A stretch of 64,000 nucleotides of DNA from an uncultured cyanobacterium (GTDB lineage Bacteria; Cyanobacteriota; Cyanobacteriia; Cyanobacteriales; Nostocaceae): the NCBI GenBank assembly GCA_963740315.1, contig CAVUDP010000001.1, positions 992,001-1,056,000 of the forward strand, read 5' to 3'. Positions 53,620 to 63,959 of this stretch are shown one piece after another. The translations under genes were made by a program, and so were the position numbers. The first letter of the stretch is position 1. Each line of letters begins with the position of its first letter. The notes under the pieces were generated by a model, which saw only the letters and a list, made by a program, of their open reading frames with translations, searched no databases and had not been told where the DNA came from.

Positions 53620-55281
53620 TTAACTTATTACAGTAAAAATACTATCTTGATTATGGCTAAAAGTATTTGCAGACTGCCAAGAAACAACTGCTAACAAGTC
53701 ATCTCCCTGGAAAATATTCGCACCATTCTTACTATCAACAAATGCAAGGTTTTCTTTGCTTTCAACTTGGAAAGTGGTTGCACCTAGTTGGAAGTTATTT
53801 ACAATATCAAAACCTTCACCAGTTTCAAGAATGACGGTAGCTTCACCAGCACCCAACCAAACCGTATCATGACCAGTACCAGAATTTATAAAATCACCAC
53901 CACCATTAGCAAAAATGGTGTCGTTTCCATCACCAGTCAAAATTTGATCGGCTTGGGAACCACCAAAAATTAAATCATCACCTTCATTACCGATAAGGTT
54001 ATCTTCACCACCATTACCAAAGATAGTGTCATTCCCTTCTAAACCGATGATAAATTCAGAAGCATCTGTACCAAATAATTGTTCTCGACTAGAAGTTCCG
54101 TTGATGATTTCTTTTTCGGTAATTGTGGTAAATATAGGAACTGAATCTGACTCAATTGAGTAATCTTCCCCATCGAGAAGAGTGAAGCTAAGGGTTTCAT
54201 CACCTTCAACTCGATCGTCTTCAGGCGCAACTAAACCAAAGGTAGCTTCTGTTGCTCCTTCAACAATTTTAAATTGAAAAATAGCATTACCATCTACTCC
54301 AGTCAATTCCGGATTGCTAATATTAGTTAAAAGCTCCGGTACTGCAACTAAATCTAATACATCACCATCTGGATCATCTATCTGTAACTGTATAGTTAAT
54401 CCACCACTAGGTGCGGGTTCATTCAAGTTTAAAGTATAAAGTTGTGATTCTCCACCTTCGGAAACAATAGTTCTATCAACGCTAAAAGTAACGATTGGTA
54501 ATTCTTGTTCAATTATTGTGCTAACTATAGGTTGTGAAGCTGAATCAATCGAATAACTTTCATCATCTAAAAGAGTTAAAGTATAAGTCTCGTCTCCTTC
54601 AACCCGATTATCTTCACCAGTTAAAAAACTAAAACTAGCTTCAGTTGCTCCTGGGAAAATTGTGAATTCTAGAATAAAATTACCATTTTCTAGAACTGAA
54701 TTCAAACCAGAAATATTATTGAAAAGCTCTGAAGGGAAACCTCCATCTGAGAAATCACCATCAGGATCTTCTAGCTGCAATCTTACAGTTAATCCATCAT
54801 CTGATGCTGGTTCGTTTAATTGCAAAGTAAAAACTTGTGGGGTTTCTTCACCTTCAGAAATAACAGTTCTATCAACACTTAAAGTAACGATTGGTAAATC
54901 TGTAAGAATAAAAGTTACACTTTGATTGCTGGAGTCGATTGTGTAACCATTCCCTGATAGAAGGCTGACAATACTAACTTCTTCCCCTTCAGGAATATTA
55001 TCTTGTTTAGGAGTTATATCAAATCTAGCTTCGGTAGCCCCTTCATCAATCAAAAAACCTGAAAACGAATTATCTTCGTTAAATAAAAGCGTACCGTTAA
55101 TAATAGATACATCAATATCATCAGGTGTTCCATCCTCGTCAACAGAATCGAAATTAACAGCTAATCCGCCCACAGGAGCGGGTTCGCTTAAGCTAAAAAT
55201 AACCTTTCCTAAATCAAGATTTGTTTCAGATAAAGGTAAAGTTCTATCGAACGATAAGCTAACTATAGGTAATGACTGCAT
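53620..55281 (-). CDS. acidic Calx-beta-like repeat protein with C-terminal RTX Ca-binding repeats
   Basis: Three related LPIV(S/T)xSxDRT...GATEA...EG(D/E)E units; GNDTIFGNGGEDNL-type nonapeptides; no signal peptide. Confidence 0.75.
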   Translation of the reverse strand: MQSLPIVSLSFDRTLPLSETNLDLGKVIFSLSEPAPVGGLAVNFDSVDEDGTPDDIDVSIINGTLLFNEDNSFSGFLIDEGATEARFDITPKQDNIPEGEEVSIVSLLSGNGYTIDSSNQSVTFILTDLPIVTLSVDRTVISEGEETPQVFTLQLNEPASDDGLTVRLQLEDPDGDFSDGGFPSELFNNISGLNSVLENGNFILEFTIFPGATEASFSFLTGEDNRVEGDETYTLTLLDDESYSIDSASQPIVSTIIEQELPIVTFSVDRTIVSEGGESQLYTLNLNEPAPSGGLTIQLQIDDPDGDVLDLVAVPELLTNISNPELTGVDGNAIFQFKIVEGATEATFGLVAPEDDRVEGDETLSFTLLDGEDYSIESDSVPIFTTITEKEIINGTSSREQLFGTDASEFIIGLEGNDTIFGNGGEDNLIGNEGDDLIFGGSQADQILTGDGNDTIFANGGGDFINSGTGHDTVWLGAGEATVILETGEGFDIVNNFQLGATTFQVESKENLAFVDSKNGANIFQGDDLLAVVSWQSANTFSHNQDSIFTVIS

Positions 55282-55337
55282 ATTAACTGCTTAATTAACG
55301 ATGATAATTTCACCGATCAAAGTAGCATACTAGTTAA

Positions 55338-55826
55338 TTAAGAAACAATTAGACTAACGGCTAATATTGCTTCTTCCACATTTTCAACAATATAGATATT
55401 ATCTGGCGACATTTTTTTGAAAAAAGCTTTACTTTCCTCATCTTCATTCAACAAAATCACTTTTTTATCACTCTTCAACGCTAAAGCGATTTCTGAAACC
55501 GTACCCGCACCAATTCCACAAGCGATTATGACATCTGAAGAAAGCACGTTGATATTATTTCGCGCATTTCCCATATCTGTAAAAATTGCAATATCTACCG
55601 CTTCGGAAATTCCTCCATCATCTTTACCAGGTAAAATACCAATAGTTAAACCATCAACAGACTTTGCACCTTGAGAAGCAGCATCCATCACTCCAGCTTT
55701 TCTACCGCCAGTCAACAAAACCCAACCTTGTTGAGCAATCATTTGTCCTAATTTATAGGCGTTTTCTAAATCATTTGACGTTGCTTTATCTCCGACTCCC
55801 ATCACGCCGATGATGATTTTTCTCAT
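55338..55826 (-). CDS. TIGR00725 / LOG-like (SLOG) family protein
   Basis: IGVMG, LTGG..GVMDAAS, IGILP, ARNNINV and GTVSEIALA. Confidence 0.82.
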   Translation of the reverse strand: MRKIIIGVMGVGDKATSNDLENAYKLGQMIAQQGWVLLTGGRKAGVMDAASQGAKSVDGLTIGILPGKDDGGISEAVDIAIFTDMGNARNNINVLSSDVIIACGIGAGTVSEIALALKSDKKVILLNEDEESKAFFKKMSPDNIYIVENVEEAILAVSLIVS

Positions 55827-55876
55827 TGTTTGTTATTTGCGTAGATGATGAGGGCTAAAGCCCTTACTACGAACTT

Positions 55877-56467
55877 TTACCATTCTTCTGCCCAATAAAC
55901 AATTTCTGAAGTCGTATTATTAATTGCTACTCCGTAACTATCTCCATGATTCCAGGAGAAGTCGTCAGAGGTACCTCTATTATTTGCGTTTAGTACTAAT
56001 ATTTCGTAAGTTGATGGAAAGGTTTCTGCTTGTAAATCGCTGGTATATAAAAAAGTTGTTGGTACGCCATTTTTCTGATTTGCGTGATCGTTTGTATCGC
56101 CACCTTGAAATCTATATTTGGCTATATTTTTATATTTACTAAGTGCTTTATTTATCTGTTCTTTCGGTAGTTTCATCCTCACTTGAAAAATTCTACCGTA
56201 TTCAGTAGAACCCGGATAATAAATAACCCGCACATCTTTAGCAACGCTAGGAATGATGGCGGGAAAATGTTTTATTTGTGTTTGATTTGACCAGGTGTTG
56301 TGACGAATATCTTGATAATTTGAGCTATCTATTACTATCTCAGTTGATTTTTTATTATTAAGAGCTTGTGTAAAAAAGAATCCTCCCCCGACAACTCCTA
56401 CACCTCCCAAGGATAGTAAAGCTATCGTGGCGAATTTCAATATATATGCTTGCTTCATCGAATCCAA
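55877..56467 (-). CDS. hypothetical membrane-anchored protein
   Basis: N-terminal hydrophobic helix; C-terminal WNHGDSYGVA...IVYWAEEW. Confidence 0.7.
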   Translation of the reverse strand: MDSMKQAYILKFATIALLSLGGVGVVGGGFFFTQALNNKKSTEIVIDSSNYQDIRHNTWSNQTQIKHFPAIIPSVAKDVRVIYYPGSTEYGRIFQVRMKLPKEQINKALSKYKNIAKYRFQGGDTNDHANQKNGVPTTFLYTSDLQAETFPSTYEILVLNANNRGTSDDFSWNHGDSYGVAINNTTSEIVYWAEEW

Positions 56468-56594
56468 AATTTAAATTAATTAAATAGACATATATTCAAC
56501 TAGTAATATTATTCGTAAAATTACGCATCTAGCTTTAGATATATCTACTAAATTTTTAGATAAGATCGGTGAAATTTCGGTTGTTGTTCAAAAA

Positions 56595-56826
56595 CCTGGC
56601 GATTTAATATGCCGCACCTGGCGATTTAATGTGCCGCACCTAGCGGTGAACGCGGCTACACAGGCAAAGTCCACCTGCGTGGACTAATTATTTTTAAACC
56701 CGCGCAGGCGGGTTTCGTTTGTGTAGATGCGGTTTCAACCGCCGGATAATACTCCTAACTCAATAAGGTTACTGAGCTTGTCGAAGTACTCCTAACTGTT
56801 AACTGTTAACTGCTCACTGCTCACTG
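56595..56826. repeat. composite repeat cluster (GCTACACA element, 37-bp unit, heptamer STRR)
   Basis: 22-bp tandem head, two internal hairpins, 37-bp unit at 56750-56786, then AACTGTT/CACTGCT heptamers. Confidence 0.75.
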
Positions 56827-57705
56827 TCAGAAACTCCCACCGATCATTCCCGCTAATAAAATAAACCCAATCCAAACGTTTTCTCGAAACATTTCACCGT
56901 AAGCTGCATTCGGTAAGTCTGTTTTTTTCAAGCGTAAATATTGCCATACCCAACCAGCAAACGCGATCGCAACACTGATCCAAAATGCAATATTAAGATG
57001 TGTAACTATTCCCAACCAAATTAGTAAACCAACTGTGCCAATAAAAAAGACAGCTACAGCCTCTTCAACATAGTTACCAAAAAATAAGGCGCTGGAATTA
57101 ACCCCTATACGTTTGTCGTCTTCGCGATCGCTCATGGCGTAAACTGTATCGAATCCTAACGTCCACAATACAGTTGCACCCCACAGCAGCCAAGTTGATT
57201 GTGAAAGATTCTGCGTAACCGCACTCCAACTAATTAATACCGCGAAACCCCAAGCAATAGAAAGGACTAACTGAGGTACGGGAAATACTCGTTTTGCACC
57301 GGGATAAAGCAGGATTACCGGCACTGCCGCAACGCACAACCAAAAGGAAAGCGGATTAAGATAAAAAGCGAGAATTGCAGCACAAGCCATTCCTACTATC
57401 GCTACAACTATTCCGACTTTTACAGATAGTGCGCGAGAAGCAAGGGGACGGTTTTTTGTTCTTTCAACTTCGGGATCTATATCTTTATCCCACAGATCGT
57501 TGACAACGCACCCAACAGCACTTGTCGCGAGAGTACCTAAAACGATTACTCCTACTAATGGTAAAGGGGGTTTTCCTTCTGCTGCGAGAAATACCGCCCA
57601 TAAACCCGGAATCATTAAGATTAATCTTCCTTCTGGCTTATTCCACCGTAGAAGTCGGATTATTTTACTAAAAGTAGATTCAATTTTTTCTGCCTGAATA
57701 ACCAT
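56827..57705 (-). CDS. ubiA: 4-hydroxybenzoate solanesyltransferase (UbiA family)
   Basis: LLRWNKP, NDLWDKDIDPEVERTKNRPL, YPGAKR and DTVYAMSDREDD. Confidence 0.92.
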   Translation of the reverse strand: MVIQAEKIESTFSKIIRLLRWNKPEGRLILMIPGLWAVFLAAEGKPPLPLVGVIVLGTLATSAVGCVVNDLWDKDIDPEVERTKNRPLASRALSVKVGIVVAIVGMACAAILAFYLNPLSFWLCVAAVPVILLYPGAKRVFPVPQLVLSIAWGFAVLISWSAVTQNLSQSTWLLWGATVLWTLGFDTVYAMSDREDDKRIGVNSSALFFGNYVEEAVAVFFIGTVGLLIWLGIVTHLNIAFWISVAIAFAGWVWQYLRLKKTDLPNAAYGEMFRENVWIGFILLAGMIGGSF

Positions 57706-57992
57706 AGCGATCGAGAAATTATCAATATGATTTAATTTACACTTCTTAACAACTATAGAATAACTTTATTTGATATCTGTAAAACAAAATAACAATCAAA
57801 TAAAAACTAAACTGTTTCTGAATGCTTTATGGTGACGCTGTAGAACAACAGCATGAGTTGACTTATGAATCTTAGTAGAGCCACTATTTTCGGGATTGAT
57901 TCAAATTAATTTGTTTTGTGCGCCTAAATCAAATTATTGTACCCATAGGATTCCGAACAACTAATTATTACTACGTTTTATAAAAAAAACAA

Positions 57993-59618
57993 ATGATTAA
58001 TTCAGCTATGACAACAGCCGAGGATCTCCCCAATCAAAACGTTGAGTCTGAGCGCATAGTTGCCGCGATTGACTTAGGTACCAACTCGGTACACATGGTA
58101 ATTGTACGAATTGAGCCATCATTACCATCTTTTAGCATCATTGGTAAAGAGAAAGAAACCGTTAGACTTGGCGATCGCGATATTGACACGGGAAATCTCA
58201 AGCTCAAGATCATGGAAAGGACGGTAAATGCTTTGAAGCGCTTTCAAGAGATTGCTAAAAACTTAGATGCTGAAGCCGTGATTGCTGTAGCAACTAGCGC
58301 GATAAGAGAAGCACCCAACGGTAGAGAATTTTTGTACCGGATCAAAAGAGAATTAAATTTAGATGTTGATTTAATTTCCGGACAAGAAGAAGCGCGACGG
58401 ATTTATTTAGGCGTGCTTTCAGGAATGGAATTCAACAACGAAGCCCATACTATTATTGATATTGGCGGTGGTTCCACGGAATTAATTTTAGGTGATTCTC
58501 ACGAGGAACGCTGTCTTAATAGTACTAAAGTTGGTGCCGTAAGATTAACCAGCGAATTAATTACCACCGATCCGATAAGCGACCAAGAATTTAACTATCT
58601 TAAAGCTTATGCCAGGGGAATGCTCGAACGTCCCGTAGAAGAAGTCTTGTCAAACGTTAATATTGGCGAACAAATCCGTTTGGTAGGAACTTCTGGAACC
58701 ATAGAAACCTTAGCTAACATCCATGCCAAAGAAACATCCGATTCTACCCCTTCAACATTAAACGGCTACAGCTTTAGTTTAGAAGACTTGCGAGAATTGG
58801 TATCGCGGTTGCGGAAAATGACTAATTCCGAACGAGGAGAGATACCAGCCATGCCAGAAAAAAGGTCAGAAGTTATACTGGCAGGAGCAGTAATTTTACA
58901 AGAAGCAATGACACTTTTAGGTGTAGAATCGATAACCACCTGCGAGCGGGCGTTACGAGAAGGAGTAATTGTCGATTGGATGTTAGCGCACGATTTAATC
59001 GATAATCGTCTGCGCTTCCAAAGTACGGTTAGACAGCGAAGTGTAGAAAAAATCGCCAAGAAATATGATGTCGATCTAGAATATAGCGAACGAATAGCAA
59101 CACTAGCTTTATCATTATTCGATCAAACCAAAGGTCATTTACACGAATGGGGAAATCAAGAAAGATTTTTATTATGGGCTGCGGCGGTATTACACAACTG
59201 CGGACATTATATAAGTCATTCTTCCCATCACAAACACTCATATTATTTAATTCGTAACAGCGGATTGCTAGGTTATAACGAAACCGAGATTGAAATTATT
59301 GCCAATTTAGCCAGATATCATCGCAAATCTCAGCCCAAGAAAAAACACGAAAACTTCCAAAACTTAGCTACAAAAGAGCATAAATTGGTAGTAGAACAAT
59401 TGAGTCCATTATTAAGATTAGCAACATCCCTCGATAGAAGACAAATCGGAGCAGTATCGAAAATAGAATGCGATTATCGTGAAGATGATGAAGAATTATA
59501 TTTAAAAGTTATTCCCCATCGTGTAGATGATGATTGTGCGATCGAGCTTTGGAGTTTGAGCTATAGCAAATTAATATTTGAGGAAGTATTTGGGGTTCAA
59601 TTGATCGCGAGTTTGTAG
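57993..59618 (+). CDS. ppx: Ppx/GppA exopolyphosphatase
   Basis: AIDLGTNS, ATSAIREA, GQEEAR, DIGGGSTE, ALREG and HD-like C-terminal domain. Confidence 0.92.
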   Translation: MINSAMTTAEDLPNQNVESERIVAAIDLGTNSVHMVIVRIEPSLPSFSIIGKEKETVRLGDRDIDTGNLKLKIMERTVNALKRFQEIAKNLDAEAVIAVATSAIREAPNGREFLYRIKRELNLDVDLISGQEEARRIYLGVLSGMEFNNEAHTIIDIGGGSTELILGDSHEERCLNSTKVGAVRLTSELITTDPISDQEFNYLKAYARGMLERPVEEVLSNVNIGEQIRLVGTSGTIETLANIHAKETSDSTPSTLNGYSFSLEDLRELVSRLRKMTNSERGEIPAMPEKRSEVILAGAVILQEAMTLLGVESITTCERALREGVIVDWMLAHDLIDNRLRFQSTVRQRSVEKIAKKYDVDLEYSERIATLALSLFDQTKGHLHEWGNQERFLLWAAAVLHNCGHYISHSSHHKHSYYLIRNSGLLGYNETEIEIIANLARYHRKSQPKKKHENFQNLATKEHKLVVEQLSPLLRLATSLDRRQIGAVSKIECDYREDDEELYLKVIPHRVDDDCAIELWSLSYSKLIFEEVFGVQLIASL

Positions 59619-59651
59619 AGAGATTAATCTGGCTTTTTTGCTTCGTTTATA

Positions 59652-59905
59652 ACTGCCCGGAAATCAATTTCCGGGCTAATAGCGGAAGTCCATTAAAATG
59701 GACTAAATATTTATTATTTTATGTAGGTTGGGTTGAGGAACGAAACCCAACATTTATGTTTAAAGAGCTAATCGAAAAGTTCAGTATAAAAGAATATTTT
59801 AAAAGTATTCGGCGAATATAATTCGCTACTACACAGGCAAAGTCCACCTCCGTGGACTAACCAATTTATCGCTTGTGCAGATGGTTTTGTTTGTGTAGCA
59901 ACGAT
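59652..59905. repeat. cluster of dispersed hairpin repeats
   Basis: GCCCGGAAAT/ATTTCCGGGC plus AGTCCATT/AATGGACT (relative at 63791-63845); short REP at 59723-59752; GCTACACA-type element at about 59810-59905. Confidence 0.7.
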
Positions 59906-59939
59906 TTAAACAGCTAGGTAAAGTTATAAATTAGACTTT

Positions 59940-61964
59940 TCAAACATCCTTTAAATGTTCTTTAATATAAGTCCAACAACATATTATTGGTAATCCCATA
60001 AAAAATAATATACAGAAATATACAAATCCAAGCATAATAATATAGAAAAACCATAAAAACCCCTGACTTGAATTTATTAAATTATCGTATTGGGCTATTG
60101 CAGGCAACATTTTATCTATGAAATTAAATGAAAAGAAGCATAAGATTATTTCAAATAATATTAAAAATATTATCGATTCTAATTTTTCTGTGATTTCATA
60201 TTTTTTTTGACTTCCATTAGACGAATTAGTTAATTTATTTTGAACTGAACTAGTTGATTGATTCTGACCAAAATTAACAACATCTGTATATTCAAATTCT
60301 ATTTTCTGCCCATCAAAATCTACTTCTAAACTTAATTGCCCTGAAGGAAGTGAACGATACTTAACCACAGTTCCTATATTTAAATATTTCGGATGTGAAG
60401 AATTTGTAACTTGTATTTTGTCACCTATATTTATCACAGACGATTGAGAATTATTTGAACTTAAATTTGTATGAGTTGATTGTTGATTTAAACTAATTTG
60501 GTTTAAGTTTTTTTTTAATGTTGTTGATGTATTATTTAATGATTTAAGTAATGTATAAGCTTCTTGCATAGAGATAAAGTCTATTTGATTTAAATCGCGA
60601 ACGATTATTTGTGGAATCTTGGCGTTAGGTTTTTGATAAATTTCAATTTTCCCTTTAACTTTAATATAATCATTATTATTTATAAATGACTTCAAAAAAT
60701 CTTGTATACATTCATCAAATATTATGACTTGGAATGCATTATAGCCCCTGACAGAAGTTGTAAAATTATTAAAGTTAATAAATAAAATTTTTCTAATTTT
60801 ATTATGGTAACAAGTATCAATTACTTGACCTACTGCTGTAACTTCATAACCAATTTGCTTAACTAACTCCAAAATATCAGTCGCAGCAAAAACTCTAGAT
60901 TCCGATGTCGGTACAGTAACGCTAGATTGCGGCTTTGGTTTACCAGTTGCAGGAAAGATATCTACACCGAGATTTTGAGCGCGATCGCACCAATAACATT
61001 TACCCAAACTCCGCATATAGTAGTGACTATCAACTTTCCCACAAAGGGATAAATCGTTGACAGCAAGTTTTAGCGCTGATACCCATTCTCTAGCACTTGG
61101 ACGTAAATTTGGGTTTTTATGTCCGTAGCTAAAGCATCTGATAAAATTTTGCTGAATTTGTGTATGAACAACATTAAATAAAATAGTTCTCGCTACTGGT
61201 TTAATTAAACTATTTTGTCCATGAAGCCAAAATCCCTGACGAATTAGTTCGCTAGGTTGCGGTGTTTCTCCTGCTCCTTTCCACTGCCCGCTAAAAGGAG
61301 AATCGCTAAACAATAAATGATAAATTATCGTTGCTAAACGAAAACGATCGTGAATTTCTGTTTGATTGATAGTAGCAAAATCCTTTCCAATCAATTCTGG
61401 TGGTGTAAAACCTTCCGAACCTACCAAACAGCGATAAACTTTACCCGTATGAGGATTGCTAACTTGAAACGAATCGGTATCAATAATTGAAGGTAAAGCC
61501 CGGTTATTAACTAAAATATTTTGCGGTTTGATATCACCTAAAACGTAGCCTTTTGCATGAATTGCTTCAATAATTGAGGCAATGTTTAAAGCTGTAAAGT
61601 GTAAGAAACGCCAATCAATTTCAAGATTAAGTCTTTTCCGACGTTGAGAATTATATATATCAATTAATTCTTTAGCATTTTTAATTTCTGGCATCAAAAA
61701 GCCGACACAATTACCTCCCGTATCTGTCAGCAGAGACTTGCACCAAGCGAAAGAAATATGATTGTGATGAGCATTTGGTTCTTCTGGTGGATTAGCTAGC
61801 ATCACTTTAAGCTTTTGTACTTGCTCAAAGCTTGGTCGGTTGTGGTAAATTTTTGCTATATAGCCATTGAGATTAGTTTGCCAAACCTTACCTTCACCAC
61901 TGCTTGCAATTTCCTTAACTAGAGTTATAGATTGATTATTATCAGTGCGTATGTAAGCTTTCAT
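59940..61964 (-). CDS. TerY-P triad Ser/Thr kinase (YegI-like) with Cys/His cluster, OB-like, KOW/SH3-like and TM segments
   Basis: SSGEGKV, IAKIY, GDIKPQN, IDTDSF, FTPPE; C-x4-H...CYWC; downstream of vWA and PP2C genes. Confidence 0.82.
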   Translation of the reverse strand: MKAYIRTDNNQSITLVKEIASSGEGKVWQTNLNGYIAKIYHNRPSFEQVQKLKVMLANPPEEPNAHHNHISFAWCKSLLTDTGGNCVGFLMPEIKNAKELIDIYNSQRRKRLNLEIDWRFLHFTALNIASIIEAIHAKGYVLGDIKPQNILVNNRALPSIIDTDSFQVSNPHTGKVYRCLVGSEGFTPPELIGKDFATINQTEIHDRFRLATIIYHLLFSDSPFSGQWKGAGETPQPSELIRQGFWLHGQNSLIKPVARTILFNVVHTQIQQNFIRCFSYGHKNPNLRPSAREWVSALKLAVNDLSLCGKVDSHYYMRSLGKCYWCDRAQNLGVDIFPATGKPKPQSSVTVPTSESRVFAATDILELVKQIGYEVTAVGQVIDTCYHNKIRKILFINFNNFTTSVRGYNAFQVIIFDECIQDFLKSFINNNDYIKVKGKIEIYQKPNAKIPQIIVRDLNQIDFISMQEAYTLLKSLNNTSTTLKKNLNQISLNQQSTHTNLSSNNSQSSVINIGDKIQVTNSSHPKYLNIGTVVKYRSLPSGQLSLEVDFDGQKIEFEYTDVVNFGQNQSTSSVQNKLTNSSNGSQKKYEITEKLESIIFLILFEIILCFFSFNFIDKMLPAIAQYDNLINSSQGFLWFFYIIMLGFVYFCILFFMGLPIICCWTYIKEHLKDV

Positions 61965-61972
61965 TAAACTTT

Positions 61973-62120
61973 AAGTAGGTTGGCGTAATTAAATGTAAGA
62001 TGTCATTGCGAGGAGGAACGACGAAGCAATCACCTTTATGTGCGGTTCATCGCAACGACTGGGATTGCTTCGTTCCTCGCAATGACGGAGCATATTATAT
62101 TTATTTGTACCCACCTACTT
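61973..62120. mobile_element. MITE-like shell (AAGTAGG...CCTACTT) enclosing a GTCATTGCGAG...CTCGCAATGAC palindrome
   Basis: Imperfect terminal IRs; inner palindrome 62002-62086; right end overlaps the phosphatase stop codon. Confidence 0.6.
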
Positions 62121-62876
62121 ACTGTTATCAAACAAGCATAAAAGCAAGGTTTTATCATCATCAGTACGAGCATTGAGTTGTTCTAACTTGAGAAAGTTTA
62201 CGATGTATTCGTGTTCCTCTTCAGGTTTTTCGGTTTCCTGGAGATATTCTTCTAACGGTTTAAAGAAAGGTGGAAAAGGCTTCCAGTCAGAAAAACGAAT
62301 TGCGACTTTTTCTAATCCATCAGTGGAAGCACAGATAAATTCTGGTTTTTCTGAAAAAACTTTTATCTGCATATCATCCAAAGCATTTACTGAAGTAACA
62401 AAAGTTGTCTCGTTAGCGAATTCTCCCTTATCTGGTTGAAAAAGCATCTGATATTCTGAATCTTGGGAACGCACTACAATAAATCCATCACCAATCTGCA
62501 TAGCCGCAATCCAGTCAGGAGTCGCAACAAAAACTAACAGCGTGCAAGCCAAATCGTTGACAGAGTAATCTTTCTCGTCTGCTTGTTTTTGTAAAGCTGT
62601 ATTTACTTTTTCAAGAGCATTTTTAAATCACTTTTTTGCTGTTTTCTCAGAAATTGGTTGAGAAAAACTTTTTCTTTGCCATCTTAGATAATTTCTTACC
62701 GCTTCAACAGCCAATTTAGCGCCAACATCCGAATATTTCGCACTACCAGCACCGTCAGCAACTGCTCCAATAATTACATCATCAAGAATGCGAAAATCCG
62801 CAAAATCTTGACAAGGTAATTGCTGCTTTTGGTGACTAATTCCAACTTCATAACGTGCAATTGCTTTCCAATTCAC
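62115..62876 (-). pseudogene. PP2C-like phosphatase (YegK-like) interrupted by an in-frame TGA at 62630-62628
   Basis: GISH...PCQD, AVADGAGSA, IGDG, STDGL and DDKT motifs in one frame; AAG TGA TTT reads ...AKK*FKNALEKV...DLACTLL. Confidence 0.85.
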
Positions 62877-62978
62877 AACATTTCCTCAAATGAATTTAAT
62901 ATTTACAAAACTTTTGTACTTGTCGTGAGTAAGCTTAATCGCCCTCACCTTAGAAGAATGAGGGCAACTTGTTGAACT

Positions 62979-63632
62979 TCACGCCGTAACTTGTCCCCAT
63001 CCAACAGCCGGTAATGCAATTGCTTCACCAACCTTACCGCCGGATACTCGCTTCATCGAAGTAGAAAGCCAAACGAACATAGAACGAAAATCCAAACCGT
63101 TAAGCATCATCGGTTCACGCGGTGCTATTTGTCTTAAAGTATTCAGATCCGCACCTTTGACACCAACCGCAAAAAAACATTGTCGGCGCTGTGCTTCAGC
63201 TTCTTTTACCCGCTGTGCCGCAGATTGCCAGTAATCCGTTGGCGCTCCATCGGTAATCAAAAATACCCAAGGGCGATAGTATAAAATACCGTTTTCTTTA
63301 TAAATTAATTTACGTGTTTCAAGTAAATCTAAACCGTACTCAATCGCTTCACCCATTGGAGTCTGACTATTTGCTTCCAGTTGCGGGGGGTTAAAATTAT
63401 CAATGCTGGTAAAATCTTGAATCAACTGCACCGATCCGCCAAAGGTGACGATCGCAAGTTCCACACTTAAAGACGCTTGAGCATCTTTGACTACATCTTC
63501 TTTAAAAGCAGCGATACCTCGATTTAACTCTTGAATTGGTTCCCCACACATCGAGCCTGAAGTGTCGAGCAATAAAACTACTGGGCAACGATTTTCTGGG
63601 TTTTCAACAAATTCTGGTAATCCTACAGGCAT
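62979..63632 (-). CDS. TerY/YegL-like vWA domain protein
   Basis: MIDAS motif LLDTSGSM, TPMGEA and YYRPWVFLITDGAPTD. Confidence 0.9.
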   Translation of the reverse strand: MPVGLPEFVENPENRCPVVLLLDTSGSMCGEPIQELNRGIAAFKEDVVKDAQASLSVELAIVTFGGSVQLIQDFTSIDNFNPPQLEANSQTPMGEAIEYGLDLLETRKLIYKENGILYYRPWVFLITDGAPTDYWQSAAQRVKEAEAQRRQCFFAVGVKGADLNTLRQIAPREPMMLNGLDFRSMFVWLSTSMKRVSGGKVGEAIALPAVGWGQVTA

Positions 63633-63959
63633 TCAACGCTCCCGATTATTAAACTTATTTAAAAAAGTAGTTCACTTACCGTTTTGAATGTAAAATTGTT
63701 ACTTTCGCATCAGTGCTTATATGGATAAAGATAATTAGAAATTCAATTAATAAACCTGTATCAAAATATTGTAAAAATAGCTACATTTTCCCAGTCCATT
63801 TTAATGGACTTATGCTATGAGACAGGGGTTTGCAACCCCTGACGGATAAGAAAGAAAACGAATCAATTAAATCGTTAATAAATAAAAGCTATTAAATACA
63901 TTAAATTCGCTTGTAGCAAAAATATCTTACAAGCAATGCTATATATGTTTGAACATTCA

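Noticed and set aside
62628..62630. TGA as a selenocysteine codon
   Set aside because: It lies in a non-catalytic helical region where Leu is plausible, and the downstream sequence is A-rich with no evident SECIS-like hairpin
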